Shown here in pieces: positions 57,873-64,000 of a stretch of DNA of 64,000 bases (its first letter is position 1; each line of letters starts with the position of its first letter). The stretch is from Candidatus Aminicenantales bacterium (GTDB taxonomy: Bacteria > Acidobacteriota > Aminicenantia > Aminicenantales > UBA4085). A program made the position numbers and the translations under genes. Below the pieces are notes generated by a model. That model was not told where the DNA came from, did not search any database, and was given only the letters and a program-made list of their open reading frames with translations. The stretch lies in contig JBEKTZ010000016.1 in the NCBI GenBank assembly GCA_049515535.1, positions 1-64,000 on the forward strand, read 5' to 3'.

Positions 57873-58510
57873 TCCGTAATCTTGAATTCGACCTTCGGCG
57901 AGGAGGCCAACAGCGTGCCCTGGCCGGAGTAGGCTTTGACCTGCCAGGCGTAAATTCCGGCTTTGAGCGCGGCCTTGATGTCCGCGGGAAGAGCGACTTT
58001 CGTTTCCTTCGTTGTCGCCGTCCATTCCATTTTCGCGCCGGAGAGAGTGACTTGATATTCGGCGGCGGAGACGAACGGCCTCCATTCGAACGAGACGGGC
58101 GCGGCTTTCCCTTCTCCCCGGGGCGCGATGACGGACAACGACTCGCCGCGCACGGCCATGTCGCCGTCGAAAACGAGGCCGGGGCTCGCCCGCTTGAGCT
58201 TGGGGGCGATGAGCAGCACGGCCGCGAGCGCGAGAGCGGCCGTCGCGGCGACGGCCATCCAGCGCCGGGGCGTGAGATCTCCCGCGATCCTTTTCAGGCC
58301 CGCGCCGCGGCGCAGGACATCCCGTTCCGCGGGCGAGAAGATCTCTTCCTTCGCTTGTTTGATGAGCCCCAGCAGCTCGGATTTCTCTCGCGTCTTGTAA
58401 AAACAGGAGGGGCAATTGAAATAGTGCTCTTCGAACCGGGCGGTATCGTCCGGGGAGAGCTCGCCTTTCAGGTATTCGTCGATTTTTTCTTCGTGCTGAC
58501 AATCATTCAT
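57869..58510 (-). CDS. Zinc-finger (HxxxCxxC) transmembrane anti-sigma factor
   Basis: FEEHYFNCPSC, TM helix, beta-rich C-terminus; follows the ECF sigma. Confidence 0.82.
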   Translation of the reverse strand: MNDCQHEEKIDEYLKGELSPDDTARFEEHYFNCPSCFYKTREKSELLGLIKQAKEEIFSPAERDVLRRGAGLKRIAGDLTPRRWMAVAATAALALAAVLLIAPKLKRASPGLVFDGDMAVRGESLSVIAPRGEGKAAPVSFEWRPFVSAAEYQVTLSGAKMEWTATTKETKVALPADIKAALKAGIYAWQVKAYSGQGTLLASSPKVEFKITD

Positions 58511-58542
58511 TGAAATGCCTCGAATTTTTTCTTTCCCATCTT

Positions 58543-59100
58543 TTAGTCGCCGCTCCCGTCATTAAATGGAAAAGGACTCTTCTCGAGAGCCTTCTTCAGG
58601 AGCTTCTGCGCGTAGTTCACCCGTTCGCTGACCTTGGCCGGCGTGATGCCCAATGCTTGGGCCGTGGCCTCGCGGGAAAGTCCTTTATAATAATAAAGAT
58701 GGAGAACGTCCCGGAATCTCGGTTTGAGTCCCCTGACGGCCCGGGCCAAAACCTCCGCCCGCTCGTCCCGCTCGACTTTGTCCTGGGGATCCGGCGAGGG
58801 CAAAGCTTCGGGCGCCTCTTTGAGGACCCTGCTCTTCTGGCGGATGTAATCGACGATCCGGCGGACGGTGATGGTGTAGATGAAGGTCCCGATCGCGCAT
58901 TCCCCGCGGAACTCTCCGGATTTGATTTTCGCGACGGTCTGCATCAGAATTTCGTTCACCACGTCTTCCCAGTCCGGGTTGGCTCCGCCGAGGGACTTCC
59001 TGACCTTGAAGCCGACGACCGGTTTGAAGCGGACGACGATCTCATCCAGGCCCATCGCGGCCGGATCGCCCTCTGTTTTATTCTTGTCGGTTCGGTCCAT
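58543..59100 (-). CDS. ECF sigma factor
   Basis: Region 2 (EDVVNEI..FRGE..TFIYTITVRRIVDYIR) and region 4 HTH. Confidence 0.88.
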   Translation of the reverse strand: MDRTDKNKTEGDPAAMGLDEIVVRFKPVVGFKVRKSLGGANPDWEDVVNEILMQTVAKIKSGEFRGECAIGTFIYTITVRRIVDYIRQKSRVLKEAPEALPSPDPQDKVERDERAEVLARAVRGLKPRFRDVLHLYYYKGLSREATAQALGITPAKVSERVNYAQKLLKKALEKSPFPFNDGSGD

Positions 59101-61199
59101 TACCGAATTTTCTCGGCGCAGAGTTCAGCGGTGTGGACGACGGTGTATTTTTTCTCCAGATCCGCGAGGCCGGACTTGAGCTGGAGGATACAACCCGGAC
59201 AGTCCGTCGCGATCAGGGTCTGCCCGCTCTCCTCGATCTTCCGCTTTTTGTCGTCCCAGAACTTGGCGGCGATCTCCGGATTCTTCATGGAGAACACGCC
59301 GCAAAAGCCGCAGCAGGAATAAGGCTCGTTCTCGGTTTTGGGATCGTAGCCGAGATCCCTGAGGATCTTCAACGGCTCGTCCTTGAGCTTCAAATCATTA
59401 AGATAATGGCAGGGATAATGGTAGAGGATCTCGCCGCTCCCGCCGGCTTTCTCGCTCTTGGGGAGAAACCCGTTCTTCACCATGAACTCGGTGAAATCGT
59501 GGACTTTTTCGGCCCAGGGCGCGGCCGCCTCATCGAGCTCGGGATAGAGTTTTTTCAGGAAGGAATGGCCCGTCGGACAAACGGTCAGGATATGATCCGG
59601 CTTTTCCTTTTCGAACGAGCGGAGATTGGCCCGCATCAACCGCCGGACGTCATCCGTATCTCCGAGATGATAGCTGGGCGCGCCGCAGCAAGACTGGTCG
59701 GCCGGGCAGACGACGTCGAAGCCGGAGCGGGAGAGGACCTTGATGACGCTGTCGCGGATGTCCGGAAAGAAAAATTTCACCAGGCAGCCCTGGAAGAGAT
59801 AGATTTTCTCGCCGTGCCGCTCTCCGAGCGCCGGCGCGCTTTTTTTCGGGCGGAGGGAGGGGAAGCGCTTTCCCTTGGCCCAGGCGAACGGCAGTTTCCG
59901 CAAATGGCCGTCTTTTTGCCATATTTTTTGCAGGACGGCGAGCGCCCCGGCCCCGGCGTCGGCCAGGGCCTTTCTGCGGAAAACGCCCGAGAGGAGCCTC
60001 TCGAACGGCGTTGGTCCCTTCCAATTCTTCAGCTTGAGCAGGATGGCGCTCGTCGGGATCCCGACGGGACAAAACGCCTCGCATTTTTTGCAGTCCGCGC
60101 AGAGGTCGAGAAGCGCGTCGATTTCCGCGGGCGACCGCGTCGCGGCCGTGAGCAGGGCGCCGATGCCGCCGGGATAGACCTTGCCGCTGTAAACGTGGCC
60201 CCCCACGGCCTGGAAGACCGGGCACTGGAGCATGCATCCGCCGCATTTCAGGCAATAGAGGATCTCTTTGAAATCCCGGTCGAGCGAGATGTCCAGCCGG
60301 CCGTTGTCCAGGATGACGATATGCACGTCCCCGGGGCCGTGAACGCCGGTGACGAGCTCTTTTTCGATGTCCGTGGTCTTGCTCGGGCCGGTGATATAGG
60401 AAACGTAGGATGTCATCTTGAGGCCGGATGAGCCTATGATCAGCGCTTTGAGAAGCGCCGTGGCCTGTTCCAGGGTCGCGACGAACTTCTCGGTCGTGAC
60501 GATGGCGATATGGACGGGCGGCAGCGTCGTCACGAGCCGGGCGTTGCCCTCGTTGCTGACGATGACGAGGGTCCCGGACTCGGCGACGGCCAGGTTCGCG
60601 CCCGATATGCCCGCGTCCGCCTCGATGAAGACCTTGCGCAGCTCCCCGCGCGCGATCTTGACCATTTCCCGGATGTCCGGGGCGACGGGCCGGCCGAGGT
60701 GTTTAGAGAGAAGCTCGGCGACCTCCTCCTTGGTCTTGTGCATGGCCGGCGCCGTGATGTGGGACGGCCGCTCGCCGGCGAGCTGGACGATCCATTCGCC
60801 GAGGTCGGTCTCGACGACCCGGTAGCCTTTCCCTTCCAAAAAACGGTTCAGCCCGATCTCTTCGCTGACCATGGATTTGGATTTGGCGACGAGCTTCGCC
60901 CCCTTCTCGCGAAGGATCGCATCGATGACGGCGAGCGCCTCTTCCGGCGTCGCGGTCCGGTGAACTTGCGCGCCGGCCCGGGTCGCCTCCTCGCTGAATT
61001 CATCGATCAGGGCGGCGAGACGCGGGACGCATTCCTCGCGGACGGCGCGAGCCTTGGCTTTGATCTCGTCCCAGGGAACTTCTTCCCGCGTTTTGGCGAA
61101 CTTCGAAAAATGGCTCGCGGTCGCCCTGGCCAGCGCGACCTGGAGGTTCTTATTACGGAGCGCCCGCCGCGCCTCTTTTTTCTTCGTCCTCCCGAACAC
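59100..61199 (-). CDS. LUD/LutB + 4Fe-4S + CCG fusion (lactate-utilisation oxidoreductase-like)
   Basis: KSKSMVSEEI, ETDLGEWIVQL, CLKCGGCMLQCP, CADCKKCEAFCP, two CCG motifs. Confidence 0.88.
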   Translation of the reverse strand: MFGRTKKKEARRALRNKNLQVALARATASHFSKFAKTREEVPWDEIKAKARAVREECVPRLAALIDEFSEEATRAGAQVHRTATPEEALAVIDAILREKGAKLVAKSKSMVSEEIGLNRFLEGKGYRVVETDLGEWIVQLAGERPSHITAPAMHKTKEEVAELLSKHLGRPVAPDIREMVKIARGELRKVFIEADAGISGANLAVAESGTLVIVSNEGNARLVTTLPPVHIAIVTTEKFVATLEQATALLKALIIGSSGLKMTSYVSYITGPSKTTDIEKELVTGVHGPGDVHIVILDNGRLDISLDRDFKEILYCLKCGGCMLQCPVFQAVGGHVYSGKVYPGGIGALLTAATRSPAEIDALLDLCADCKKCEAFCPVGIPTSAILLKLKNWKGPTPFERLLSGVFRRKALADAGAGALAVLQKIWQKDGHLRKLPFAWAKGKRFPSLRPKKSAPALGERHGEKIYLFQGCLVKFFFPDIRDSVIKVLSRSGFDVVCPADQSCCGAPSYHLGDTDDVRRLMRANLRSFEKEKPDHILTVCPTGHSFLKKLYPELDEAAAPWAEKVHDFTEFMVKNGFLPKSEKAGGSGEILYHYPCHYLNDLKLKDEPLKILRDLGYDPKTENEPYSCCGFCGVFSMKNPEIAAKFWDDKKRKIEESGQTLIATDCPGCILQLKSGLADLEKKYTVVHTAELCAEKIR

Positions 61200-61202
61200 G
61201 GA

Positions 61203-63554
<2,352 letters not shown>

Positions 63555-63663
63555 CGCGGAAAATTATAGCATATTTGAAATATATTTTGACGGCCGGGAC
63601 GAAAAGGGGCGAAAAAGGCGGTTGACTTCGCCCCGGGCCAATGCTATAAAATAAAAAGAATCC

Positions 63664-64000
63664 ATGAACGTTCATGCGCGAAAACTGATCTTGGCTGGGG
63701 CCCTGGTCTTGGGACTCATGGCGCCTTCGTTCGGCCAGACCTCCGAGCCGCCCGTGAAACATCAGGGGACCTTCGAGTTCTACCTGGGCAGCTACCGGAT
63801 CTCGGATGAACGGTTCAAAGAGGTCTATAAGGAAGGCGGCTCGATCCAGGGCATCGCTCTTTCCTCGGCTCTTATTGCCGGTTTCGATTTCTACGCAGAG
63901 ATCAAAGCCTTTTATAAAACAGGCACGCTGACCTACACCCAGGAGCAGACGAAATTGTTGTTGATCCCGCTGTCCTTGGGCGTGCGCTATGTTCTGCCCG
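63664..64000 (+). CDS. Probable outer-membrane beta-barrel protein (partial)
   Basis: Hand translation MNVHARKLILAGALVLGLMAPSFG..FEFYLGSY..IPLSLGVRYVLP; TTGACT-17-TATAAA promoter at 63622-63650. Confidence 0.7.
   Translation, partial: MNVHARKLILAGALVLGLMAPSFGQTSEPPVKHQGTFEFYLGSYRISDERFKEVYKEGGSIQGIALSSALIAGFDFYAEIKAFYKTGTLTYTQEQTKLLLIPLSLGVRYVLP

Overview
GC-rich bacterial chromosomal window. The gene content (lipid A/Lpt, Tol-Pal, rpoN-PTS cluster, RicT) indicates a diderm; an anaerobe near Aminicenantes/Acidobacteriota is my inference. It is mostly housekeeping: rph-lpxL-lpxK, comEC, eno, an arsR/acr3/arsC/arsP arsenic cluster, fusA, leuS-lptE-holA, rpsT, the rib genes, ftsY, recJ-lpt-rpoN-PTS, ssb, tol-pal, a DUF1998 helicase, uvrA-holB-ricT, an ECF sigma/anti-sigma pair, a LUD/Fe-S protein and ftsK. 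An IS110 transposase missed by the ORF track runs off the left edge. The main finding is a small palindromic repeat present five times, with net lengths of 63 bp (three copies) or 102 bp (two copies), each bounded by a repeated GT/AC dinucleotide. Two copies sit exactly in frame inside ribBA and an LptC/LptA-like gene, in opposite orientations, and removing 63 bp restores a canonical RibBA N-terminus. Other findings: a second set of structured intergenic elements sharing modules, a 29-bp REPIN-like inverted repeat, and a secreted M20D hydrolase homolog that has lost most active-site residues.
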